Of a stretch of 64,000 nucleotides of DNA, positions 35,640 to 46,630 are shown piece by piece. This DNA comes from Prorocentrum cordatum (Eukaryota). Location: the NCBI GenBank assembly GCA_963575745.1, contig CAUYUJ010000003.1, positions 930,001-994,000 on the forward strand, in the 5' to 3' direction. Position numbers and translations under genes: made by a program. The notes under the pieces are model-generated. The model did no database searches and was not told the DNA's origin. It saw only the letters and a list, made by a program, of their open reading frames with translations. Position 1 is the stretch's first letter. The number at the start of each line of letters is the position of its first letter.

Positions 35640-36080
35640 TAACACTGGCGGCGGCCCGATGGACAAGCGCGCCGCGGGCACAGGAAGCGAGGCCGCCTCG
35701 CGAGCCCGCTGCCGAGCCCTGCCGCGGAGGACCACCACGGCGAGCGCCACCAGCAGGCCGCAAGCCAGCGCGCCGCCGCCGAAGGCGGCCAGCAAGGGGC
35801 CCAGCACCCCAGGGCACGTGGGCGCCAGCGGGCAGGGGGCGGCAAGCGGACAGGCGGTGAGCCGATCAGGCCCGCACCGCTGGAGCTGCTGGCCCAACAA
35901 CTCGAGCACGCCCTCGTCGGGCGCAGGTGGCGTGCAGTCACGCACGCACGTCGGGCGCTGCACCGACGCCGCCAGCGGCGAGCCCACCGCCGCGCACCCC
36001 AGCCGCAGCGCATTCTCCAGGCACTGCGCGCGGGGGACGGGGCGCTCCGTCCAGGCTCCTGCAGGACGAGCTTGAGCATG
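35640..36080 (-). other. Short Cys-rich ORF remnant with a hydrophobic segment (VLELLGQQLQRCGPDRLTACP...LLAAFGGGALACGLLVALAVVVLR), probably transposon-associated
   Basis: Non-repetitive part of ORF 35052-36803; about 22 hydrophobic residues followed by basic residues. Confidence 0.35.
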
Positions 36081-36174
36081 CACGATACGCATCGTGAAAT
36101 AGTAGGGTGTGCCACAATCGCCAGAAAACCCATCATGCCCGTGTACGCACAAACATAATAATGGTTGAATTCGA

Positions 36175-36211
36175 AGTAGTAGTGGTAGTAGTGGTAGTAG
36201 TAGTAGTAGTG

Positions 36212-36272
<61 letters not shown>

Positions 36273-36290
36273 CAGTAGTAGCAGTAGTAG
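36175..36290. repeat. (GTA)n microsatellite
   Basis: Visible tract running into the gap. Confidence 0.95.
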
Positions 36291-36390
36291 NNNNNNNNNN
36301 NNNNNNNNNNNNNNNNNNNNNNNNNNNNNNNNNNNNNNNNNNNNNNNNNNNNNNNNNNNNNNNNNNNNNNNNNNNNNNNNNNNNNNNNNN
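36291..36390. other. Assembly gap (100 N)
   Basis: Run of N. Confidence 1.
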
Positions 36391-36446
36391 CCACGACGGG
36401 CGCGAACGAGCGGGGGCCGCGAAGAGCATATATATATATATATATA

Positions 36447-36815
36447 TGGGGCCACGAAATGCAGCGAGGGGGCCACGAAGGGCTGCAACGGGGCCACGAA
36501 GGGCAACAAGGGGGCCACGAAGGGCTGCAACGGGGCCACGAAGGGCAGCGATGGGGGCCACGAAGGGCTGCGAAGGGCTGCAACGGGGCCCCGAAGGGCA
36601 GTGAGGGGGCCACGAAGGGCTGCAAAGTGGCCACATAGGGCAGCGAGGGGGCCACGAAGGGCTGCAACGGGTCCACGACAGGGGGCGAGGGGGCCACGAA
36701 GGGATACAACGGGGTCCACGAAGGGCAGCGAAAAAGTCACGAAGGGCTGCAACGGGTCCCCGAAGGGCAGCGAGGGGGCCACGAAGGGCTGCAACGGGGC
36801 CACGAAGGGCAGCGA
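36447..36815. repeat. 21-bp minisatellite ggggccacgaagggc(tgcaac/agcgag)
   Basis: Alternating 21-bp units, followed by a gagcgcgattcctgagtaaa module to about 37170. Confidence 0.92.
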
Positions 36816-37183
36816 GATCCCGATTCCTCAATAAGCTGCGAGGGAGTCCTAAGTGTGAGCGCGACTCCTGGGTGCCTGAATGTCGGCAGCGCGGCGCTTG
36901 AGTAAATTGCTGAGGGGTCTAACGCAAGAGCGCGATTCTTGAGTAAATTGCAAGTGAGTTCCCAGCGAGAGCGCGACCCAAGACCGTCGAGAGAGTGATT
37001 CCTGAAAACATTGTAAAGAAATCCCCAGCGAGAGCGCGATTCCTGAGTAAAATGCGAGAAAGTCACAGGCGGGAGCGGTGGCCCTGGCTAAATTGTGAGG
37101 ACGTCTCAGGCGGGAGCCGTTGTTGTCGTAATCCTGGGGCCAACAACGCAGTTTGAGCCGAGTGACTTTCCATGCATTCTTTG

Positions 37184-37226
<43 letters not shown>

Positions 37227-37227
<1 letters not shown>

Positions 37228-38741
37228 TAGAACCACGTGCGCTTCGCGCGCGCTTAGGTTCTAGCTAGGAGGCGAGCTTGAGTCAACGAAAATCGCAGGG
37301 AAGGGGGCAGGGGGAAGAAGGCCAGAGAGCGCTGAAGGATACAAATGCAGGAGCCCTCTTGTGATTTTGTGGGGGGCCTCGTGCGGCCGCTCGCTGGGAG
37401 TTTGACGTAGCTTCTCGGGAGCCTCTGAACCTGTCGGGGGCCTCCTGGAAGCAGGTTCGAAGCATTTTGGGGGCCGATTTGGGGCTTCTCGGGGCCTCCT
37501 TTGGGCCGCTTGGGGGTCTCCTGGGGCCTCTTGAGGGGCCTCCTTGGGGCCTCCTGGCGGCCTCTTGGGGCGGAAGGCTCGAGCTTGCGGTTCGTGGTCC
37601 CCCTCTGGGCCCCCTATTGGGCCCGTCTTGGGGCCCTCTTGGGCCATCTTGGGCGCCTCTTGGGCCGTCTTGGGGCCCTCTTGGGCTGTCCTGGGGCACT
37701 CTTGTAAGCTTCTTGGGCCGTCTTGGGGCGGTCTTGGAGGCCTCTTGGGCCGTCTTGGACGCGGTGACAGCTCAAGATGCGAACATGCGAAAAATATACG
37801 TTTTCCCATAGGAATGGCACCATTTTTGTTTCTTGGACCTCTCTTGGGGTGCCTCTCGGAACGTCTTGGGCTGATTTTGGAAGCCTTTTGGCGCCTCTGG
37901 GCGGCGTTTTGGCGCCTCCTGGGATATGTTGGGCCGGAAGCTCGGAATTCGAGAGTGGCTTTCTCCTTCTGGGACACCTCTCGAAGTCGTCTTGGGGTTC
38001 TCTTGGGCCGTCTTGGGGCCGTCCTGAGCCACTCGTGCGCAGCCTTGGAGCGCTCCCGGAGGCCTCCTAGGCCGTCTTGGAGGCCTCTTGGGCCGTCTTG
38101 GACGCGGTGAAAGCCCAAGATGCGAACATGCGAAATATACGTTTTCCCATAGGAATGGCACGATTTTTGTTTCTTGGACCTCTCTTGGGGTGCCTCTCGG
38201 AACGTCTTGGGGTGCTTTTGGGAGCCTTTTGGCGCCTCTTGGCGGCATTTTGGCGCCTCCTGGAGCCTCTTGGGCCGGAAGCTCGGAATTCGAGGTTGGC
38301 TTTCTCCGTCTGGGACCCCTCTCGAACTCGTCTTGGGGCTCTCTTCGGCCGTCTTGGGGCCGTCCTGGGCCACTCGTGCGCAGCCTTGGAGCGCTCCCGG
38401 AGGCCTCGTAGACCGTCTTGGGCGCCTCTTGGGCCGTCTTGGACGCGGCGAAAGCCCAAGAGGCGAACATGCAAAAATATACGTTTTCCAATAGGAATGG
38501 CACGGTTTTTGCTTCTTGGGCCTCTCTTGGGCTGCCTCTCGGAGCGTCTTGGAGGCTTCTGGGACCTTCTTGGTGTCATGACAGGCGTCTTGGAAGGCAT
38601 CTGGAGCCATCGGAGCGCGTTCCGAAGCCGCCTGCGAACGATCTTGGACGGCGTCCGGCGGTCCGAGGAGCCTCCGGGCCCCCCGGGGCCCACATTTGTG
38701 GTCGAGGTCCCGGCCCCGGGCCCCCGGACCCGGTGCGCCGC

Positions 38742-38745
<4 letters not shown>
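37227..38745 (-). mobile_element. Non-autonomous Helitron-like element between (TA)n tracts, with about 342-bp internal tandem repeats
   Basis: Minus strand ends gcgcgcgcgaagcgcacgtggttCTAG (hairpin plus CTAG) next to (TA)n; gcgaacatgc recurs at 37779, 38122, 38463; no clear 5' TC; related sequence in opposite orientation at about 45640-46630. Confidence 0.6.
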
Positions 38746-38792
<47 letters not shown>

Positions 38793-38908
38793 GTATGTAT
38801 ATATATATATATATAAAAGGTGCGAGCCTTGGGGGAAGCACTTCAAATGAAAAACACAATGGTTAACAGAGGGGGTCAACAATACGTATCCTCCAATAGC
38901 GAAAATTT

Positions 38909-38976
<68 letters not shown>
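38909..38976. repeat. (CAA)n microsatellite
   Basis: Visible tract; similar tracts at 39752-39880 and (GTT)n at 45107-45205. Confidence 0.95.
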
Positions 38977-39752
38977 TACTAGCACGTGGGGACACTCCGT
39001 TCTCACCAGTGCCAGGGTTTTCATAGGAGGCGGGCAATACCCCCACTTTGTGGGGGGGCCGGTTCAAGCTCTACCAAATTTCCAAACGACTCTTCGCCAC
39101 CACCCACACCCAGCTTCCCGCCCTATGACGTTCGGACACTTCACTTCGTGGCATGCGGACGACCGTGCTACTATTCAGGGCCCCGCGGCCGACGACGACG
39201 GCGTGCGCGCGCGAAGAAAAAACGAATGTGTCCAATATGGTATTATTTGACAGGGATGATGGCCCTGGCATGCGCGCAACCGTTGTTGCAGAAGTTCGAA
39301 GCACGTGAAAAAGTTGCTCGCAAGAGCCCGTTTGACAGAAATGTTGAAAAAGTATTGGGTTTCCTACGAAATCCGCAAGAGCGCGCGGGATGAAAGTTTG
39401 ACACTTTTTTTTTTGAAAAACCATTGGTTTTTTCATGTTTTTATGTTAAAATAAAATCGCTACGAAAACAAAGGTTTTGGAAGGATTTCGTCTTGCGCGC
39501 GCGAATGTCCACTTTACCTTATTTTTTGCAAGGGATTCTTGAAGTTTGGTTATGTTAGAACAAGAAATGTCATTTTATATTGTTTTTTGCAAGGGAAAGC
39601 GGGGGGGAACAAAACAACCGGATCCGGACCAACCCGTTTTGCCTGAGACTTCCTCACGAAAATGATGAAAACGTGGCTGCGGCCTAGGCGCGGCGGGGGG
39701 GCCGTGCACCAGGGGTCCCAACAATAATTATTCTTTAAAAGTAATAATGTTC

Positions 39753-39805
<53 letters not shown>

Positions 39806-40597
39806 ACACAACACCAACAACAACAACAACAACAGCAACAGCAGCAGCAACAACAACAAACACAACAGCAAACACAACAAGTTTAAGACTGTTCGCTCCT
39901 ATCTACTCACGTGTCCAATCAATACGTATATGCCAAGCCCTCGGTACCCGCCCTCGTCGACTGCGATCGTACCCCCTTGGGGGTATATCTTCCTTACCTG
40001 CCACGTGCATTTAGTGCAGCCCGTAAACCAAGGGAAGAAAGGACGGGTGGAAGGGGGAGGGAGAAGAATGGAGCACGAGAGAAATTAGCAGGAGGGGGGC
40101 AAGGAACAGAAAACAAGTGGTATAACCAGACGGGCAGATCGGGTGGGCAGACCCATAGCGGACAGGTCGGGAGGGCGGGCCCAGGCGACCAGGTCGAGCA
40201 GGCGGGTTGCTGAAGCGCGGGTCCTGCATGAATCGCGAGGATGTCTCGAGCAACAGCACGATTCCGGAGTAAATCGTGAGAAAAGCCACGAACGAGCGTG
40301 TGATTCCTGAGCGCCGAGGGCGCATCGTCGGAATACATCGCGAGGAAGTCCCACGCGAGAGCGCGATGCGCACATGAATTGTGAGGAACTCCCGCGCGGG
40401 AGCGCGATTTGGGAATAAGCTGTGAAGAAATATCAGGCGCGAGCCGCTGTTGTTGTAAACCGGGGGCCAGGGGCCCTGTTTGAACCTAGTGACTTCCCCG
40501 GAAAAAAAAACAATTAGCCTGGCGAAAGACCCAACCATACGCAGTTGTGGCTACCGCAATTGTGAATAACACCTTCGCCCTCGCTCCCGATGTGGCC

Positions 40598-40735
40598 ACA
40601 ACTTCCCGCCGGACCCCGACATGCTCAGGGACACGTTCGTGGCCGTTTTCGCGGGCGCCGACGACGACGAGGACGGCGTCCCCCTGACCGAGGAGCAGAA
40701 GCAGGAGAGGGCTCTGAGAGCCATGAGGGAGGCTG
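40598..40735 (+). pseudogene. Possible Helitron Rep-upstream (DUF6570-like) fragment
   Basis: NFPPDPDMLRDTFVAVFAGADDDEDGVPLTEEQKQERALRAMRE resembles the PP...L.....V.F.G pattern of that domain; short, recognised by eye only. Confidence 0.35.
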
Positions 40736-40740
40736 CCAAT

Positions 40741-42130
40741 GGAGCCTTCGGTGGAGCTCCTATGGGGCAACGATCCTCGTGAGGAATGTGCCGAAATGGC
40801 CCGAGGTCGCCATGCGAACCCTGCCACGGGGGCCTTCGGTGGAGGCCACGATCTTCGTGAGGGGTGTGCCGAAATGGCCCGGGGCCGCCATGCGAACGCT
40901 GCCACTGGGGCCTTCGGTGGAGCTCCCTATGGGGCCACGATCCTCGTGAGGAATGTGCCGACATGGCCCGAGGTCGCCATGCGAACCCTGCCACGGGGGC
41001 CTTCGGTGGAGGCCACGATCTTCGTGAGGGGTGTGCCGACATGGCCCGAGGCCGCCATGCGAACGCTACCACTGGGGCCTTCGGTGGAGCTCCCTATGGG
41101 GCCACGATCCTCGTGAGGGGTGTGCCGAAATGGCCCAGGGCCGCCATGCGAACGCTGCCACGGGGGCCTTCGGTGGAGCTTCCTATGGGGCCACGATCCT
41201 CGTGAGGGGTGTGCCGAAATGGCCCGGGGCCGCCATGCGAACGCTGCCACTGGAGCCTTCGGTGGAGCTCCCTATGGGCCACGATCCTCGTGACTGCCGA
41301 AATGGCCCGGGGCCGCCATGCGAACGCTGCCACGGGGGCCTTCGGTGGAGCTCCCTATGGGGCCACGATCCTCGTGAGGGGTGTGCCGAAATGGCCCAGG
41401 GCCGCCATGCGAACGCTGCCACTGGGGCCTTCGGTGGAGCTTCCTATGGGGCCACGATCCTCGTGAGGGGTGTGCCGAAATGGCCCGGGGCCGCCATGCG
41501 AACGCTGCCACTGGGGCCTTCGGTGGAGCTCCCTATGGGGCCACGAACCGTGTGAGGGGTGCGCCAGAATGGGGCGGTGCCGCCATGCGAACGCTGCCAC
41601 TGGGGCCTTCGATGGAGCTCCCTATGGGGCCACGATCCTCGTGAGGGGTGTGCCGAAATGGCCCGGGGCCGTCATGCGAACGCTGCCACCGGAGCTATCG
41701 GTGGAGCTCCCTCTGGGGCCACGAACTGTGTGAGGGGTGCGCCAAAATGGGGCGGGGCCGCCATGCGAACGCTGCCACTGGAGCCTTCGGTGGAGCTCCC
41801 TATGGGGCCACGATCCTCGTGAGCGGTGTGCCGAAATCGGGCGGGGCCGTCATGCGAACGCTGCCACTGAAGCCTTCGGTGGAGCTCCCTATGAGGCCAC
41901 GAACCGTGTGAGGGGTGCGCCAAAATGGGGCGGGGCCACCATGCGAACGCTGCCACTGGGGCCTTCGATGGAGCTCCCTATGGGGCCACGAAACGCTGTG
42001 CTGGGTGGGTGAAACGCAGGGAGGAGAGGGAGGAGGAGAGGAGGAGGAGGAGGAGAGGAGAGGAGACGCGGGCCACCGTCTCTTCAAAACGAGGACCCAA
42101 CACCACAGGATGGTTGGGGGGAAAAAAAAC
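40741..42130 (+). repeat. 89-bp satellite array (about 14 units) with a unique tail ending caggatggttgggggg(A)n
   Basis: Unit ggggccttcggtggagctccctatggggccacgatcctcgtgaggggtgtgccgaaatggcccggggccgccatgcgaacgctgccact; ORF starts recur every 89 bp (41381, 41470, 41559, 41648, 41737). Confidence 0.95.
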
Positions 42131-42464
42131 AAGTGCGAGCCCCGGGGGAAGCATTCAATTTAAGAAAAACAATGGTCACCGGAGGGGGGTATCAACAATA
42201 AATATTCAGCAATGGGAGCTTAACAACAATCATTTTCATATAATTTATTATTATTTTAACGCGTGCCACGCAACACGTATATCCAAAACCCTCGATGCCG
42301 GCCCTGTTTGTCTTCGACCATACCCCTTCGGGGGTATAGTTTCCTTACCTGTCGCGCACATTAAGCGCAGCCCTAAAACAGTGGAAGGGAGGACGGACGG
42401 GGAAGGGAAAAATGGACCACGCGAGAGGGCCTCTCGGAGCAAATCGCGAGGAAGCATCGAGCGC

Positions 42465-43845
42465 TTGGGGCCTTTGAAGGCTGGGGCCTCTGTGGGCTGC
42501 GTCGGGAGTCTCAGTGGGCAGCGCGCTGGGGCCTCTGTGGGCGCGCTTGGGGCCTCTGCGGGCTAAGGCCTCTTGTGGGCGCGTTTGGGGCCTCTGTGGG
42601 CTGCGTCAGACGCTTCACTGGGCACCGCGCGGGGGCTTCGGGCGCGCTCGGGGCCTCTGCGGGCTGGGGCCTCTGTGGGCAGGGCCTATGTGAGCTGTGC
42701 CGGGGGACCTCAGTGGGCAGCGCGCTGGGGCCTCTGTTGGCGCGCTAGGGGCCTCTGTGGGCCGGGGCATAACTATGTGGGCTGCGTTGGGGGCCTCAGT
42801 GGGCAGCGCACTGGGGCCTCTGGGCGCGCTTGGGACCTCTGTGGGCGCGCTTGAAGCCTCTGTGAGGGCGTTTGAAGCCTCTGTGGGCCGTGTCGGAGGG
42901 CCTCAGTGGGCAGCGCGCGGGGGCCCCTGTGGGCTCGCTTGACGACTCTGTGGGCTGTGGCCTCGGTGGGCGCGCGTGGGGCCTCCGTTGTCGGGGGCCT
43001 CAGTGAGCAGCACGCTGGAGCATCCGTGGGCACGCTTAAGGCCTTTCTGGGCTGCGTCGGGGGCCTCAGTGGGCGCGCTTGGGGCCTCTGTGGGCTGTGC
43101 CGGAGGGCCTCAGTGGGCAGCGCGCGGAGGCCTCGGCGCGCTTGGCGCCTCTGTAGGGGGGGGGGGGGCCTTTGTGGGCGCGCTTGAGGCCGTTGTAGGA
43201 AGTCCACGCCTCAGTGGGCAGCGCGCCAGGGCCTGCGCGGGCACTCTCGGGGCCTCTGTGGGCTGCGTCGGGGGCCTCAATGGGCACCGCGCGGGGGTCT
43301 TCGGGCGCGCTCGGGGCCTCTGCGGGCTGCGGCCTCTGTGGGCGCGCGTGGGGCCTTTATGCGGGTTGCACCGGAAGACCTCAGTAGGCAGCGCGCGGAG
43401 GCGGGCGCGCTCGGGGCCTTTGTGGGCTGGGGCCTCTGTGGGCTGCGTCGGGGGCCTCTGTGGAACGGGGGGCCTCCGTGGGCAGCGCGTCGGGGCCTCC
43501 GTGGGCACGCTTTAGGCGGGGGTTTGGGCCTCTGTGGGCTGTGTCGGGGGGCCTCATTGGACAGCGCGCTGGGGCCTCTGTGGGCGCGCTTGAGGCCTCT
43601 GTGGGCTGCGTCGGCGGCCTCAGTGGGCAGCGCGCTTGGGGCCTCTGTGGGCGCGCGTGGGGCCTCTGTGGGCAGCGCGGGGGGGCCTCTGTGGGCGCGC
43701 TTGGGGCCTCTGTGGGCTGTGCCGAATGGCCTGCGGGCAGCATGCTACGGTCCCTGTGGGCTTATTCTGGGCCTCAGTGGGTTGTGCGTCAGGGGCCTCA
43801 GTGGGCAGCGCGCCAGGACCTCGGTGGGCAAGGGCCTCTGCGAGT
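42465..43845. repeat. Degenerate about 21-bp minisatellite ggggcctctgtgggc(gcgctt/tgcgtc)
   Basis: Visible recurring unit; preceded by a hairpin module (42257-42430) and followed by a cctgagt/gtaaatcgtgaggaag module. Confidence 0.9.
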
Positions 43846-45133
43846 GCATCTTGAGGAAGTATCGAACGGGAGCCCTTGTCGTCGCATGTGGGCCTCCACC
43901 AATTTGACTGAATCATGAGGAAATCTCGAGCGAGAGTGCCGTTCCTGAGTTCGGGTGCCTTCCTGGCCAGGGGCTCTCAGAGTAAATCGTGAGGAAGTAT
44001 CGAACAGCAGCCTTTGTCGTCGTGGCTGGGCCCCCGCCAACTTGATTGAATTGCGAGGAAGTCTCCAGCGAGAGCGCCGTTCCTGTCTTCGGAGGCCTCT
44101 CTGGCCAGGGTGTTCCGAAGTAAACCGCGAGGAAGCATCTAGGGGGGGCCGTTGTTGTCGTAGCTGGGCCTCCAAGAGCGCACTTTTAGGGTAAAGCCGA
44201 CGCTCGAGCGGGCGCCTCGTTTTCAGAGAAACTGTAGCCGGCGTCGAGGCGAGAGCGCCCGGAACCGTTTCCGGAGATCAGCAATATTTATTCTCTAGAA
44301 ATGAACATTGAACAACAACATTCTGGATACCACACCCCATCATGGGGGATTTTGTCGGGCACGCGGGGCCCGGTTATTCCCTCACCCAGATCCCCCGCCC
44401 AAGGAGGTATTGCCACCACCTCTTCCGAGGAACTTCGACATCCACAGCTCGGACGGCACATCGCCATCGCAATCGCCTTGCGCACGCCCCGCATCTCGGA
44501 GGAAGAGGAAGAGGACGAGGAGGGGAGGGAAGATGAGGGAGAGGAAGAAGGAGAGGAGGATGAGGAAGAGGAGGAGGAGGAGGAGGAGGAGGAGGAGGAG
44601 GAGGAGGAGGAGGAGGATGGAGGAGGAGGAAGAGAAAGAGAAGGAGGAGGGGGAGGAAGGAGGAGTAGTGGTAGTAGCAGTAGTTGTTGTTATTGTTGTT
44701 GTGGTTGTAGCAGTACCAGTACTAGTAGGAGGAGGAGGAGAAGGAGGAGGAGGAGGAGGACGAGGAGGAGGAGGAGGAGAAGGAAGAGGAGGAGGAGGAG
44801 GGGAAAAGGGCGCCAGTCCAGCGTAAAACGGAGGAGGTCTCGAGCGGGAGCGCTGGTTTTGTCGGGACGGGGGCTGTCGGCGGCGAGCAAGAGCACCGAC
44901 TTGAGTAAAAAAGGGAGGAAGTCTGGAGCGGGAGCGTTGTTGTTGCTGGTGGGCGGCGCCACTGAGAGAAAGAGTAGCGCGCCTGTCCAAGGTAAAACGG
45001 GAGAAAATCTCGAGCGGGAGCGCTGGTTTTGTTGAGACGGCTGCTTTCGGCGGCGAGCAAGAGCAACGGCCCTGAGTAAAAAAGGAGGAAAAATCGAACG
45101 GGAGCGTTGTTGTTGTCGTCGTCGTTGTTGTTC

Positions 45134-45174
<41 letters not shown>

Positions 45175-45639
45175 GCTGTTATTGTTATTGTTGTTGTTGT
45201 GTTGTTTTTTGGGGACCGGTTTGGGCGGTCCCCCAAACCGCTTGAAAATGAGCCTCATATTCCATGAAAATGCAGCTGGCGCCTCGGCGAGAGCGCCAGG
45301 GCGCCTGTAAGGGGCTCAACAATAATCACGGATTACTAATTCATATTCAACAAATACAACAACGTAGCAACCCTCTGCCGGCCCTGGCCCAGGACAGGCA
45401 AGAGAGGGTGGCACACGGGGGCGTGCACATTCTCAGCCGGCCCCGTCTGAGAGAGTGTGCGCGCCAGGTGTACCACCGCCTCTGCCGGCCCTGGGGTGTC
45501 CTTCCAGTCAGGCGGCCGCGCGCCTAGGTGTAGCAACGCCTCAGCAGGCCATGGCCTGCTGAGGCGTTGCTACACCTGGGCCAGGCCATCCCGTGCACGG
45601 GAAGCGCTTCTCCCGGGTGGACAAATCAGCTGGGGCGCC

Positions 45640-46630
45640 TTCCACGACGGCGGCCGCGCGAGGTCCCCGGGGGGGGGGGGTCAGATACGACGCCCCCCCC
45701 GGGGAGTTCCCGAGCCCAACAGGCCAAGAGTGCCCCAGGAGGCCCCAAAGACAGTCCAAGAGAACCCCGAATCGCCGAACAGTCTGTCCAAGACGCCTTG
45801 ACGGCCTCCAGACGGCCCAAGAAGCCTGCAAAGCGCCCCAAGAGGCCTCCAGGAGCTTTCCCACGAGAGCCCCAAGAGGCAAAATTCATGGGTTTCCCAT
45901 ACGTTTTTGACAGATTTTGGCGTTCTTGCCTCTTCCGCTTCCCGACGCGGCAAGACGGCCCAAGAGGCCCCCAAGAGGGTCCCCTAACGGCCGGAGAGGG
46001 CCCCGACACGGCCCAAGACGCCTCAAAGACGGCCCAAGAGGCCCCCACGACGGCTCCAGGAGAGTGCCCAGACGGGGGACCCGAACGGACATTTCGAGCC
46101 CTCAGCCCAAAGAGGCCCCCAAGAGGCCCCGAAGAAGCCCCAAGAGGCCCCAAGAGGCTCCCAAGGGGCCCCCAAACTGCCCCCCAGAGGCCTTCGAGAG
46201 CGCTCGGAAGAGACCCCAAGAAGCACCCCTGAGGACTCAACCCACATCAGCGTCGTCGTCGCTACCGCCGCCGCCGCCACCGTCGTCGTTCCCCTTCAGG
46301 GACGGGTCCCGGAGCTCAAAAAGGCTTCTGGACGAGCGAAGCTTGCCCCGAGACGCTTTCAAGACAGCTCGAGAAAACGCTGAATCGCCGAACGATATGT
46401 GCAAGACGCCTTCGCAGCCTCTGGAAGGCCCCATAGGCCTGCAAGACGGCGCGAAATGCCTCCAGGCGCTGTCTCACGAAGGCCCATACAAGCAAAATCC
46501 TTAGATCCTCGACCGTTTTCCACAGATTCTTGCGTTCTCGTTTCTTTCGCTCCCCGAAGCTCCCAGACAACCCCACAGGCCCCCAAGATCGCCCCGAGAC
46601 GCCCCAACAAGCCTCCAACACAGTCCTAAA
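45640..46630 (+). repeat. Repeat related to the 37.2-38.7 kb element, opposite orientation
   Basis: caagacggcccaagaggccccc motifs are the reverse complement of ggcctcttgggccgtcttgg. Confidence 0.7.

Noticed and set aside
34256..35860. Long ORFs of poly-P/L/S/E/G/R (also at 51.2-52.2, 24.9-26.1, 3.2-4.1 and 48.5-49 kb)
   Set aside because: Translations of stop-free microsatellites
36105..36160. AYTGMMG as the missing carrier exon
   Set aside because: No acceptor, and the following residues do not fit the DC......EG pattern
37261..38882. 532-aa and overlapping ORFs with repeated KKQKSCHSYGKTY
   Set aside because: Products of a non-coding 342-bp tandem repeat, open in several frames on both strands
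40741..42000. CRISPR-like periodic array
   Set aside because: Whole 89-bp units are repeated with no unique spacers, there are no cas genes, and the context is eukaryotic
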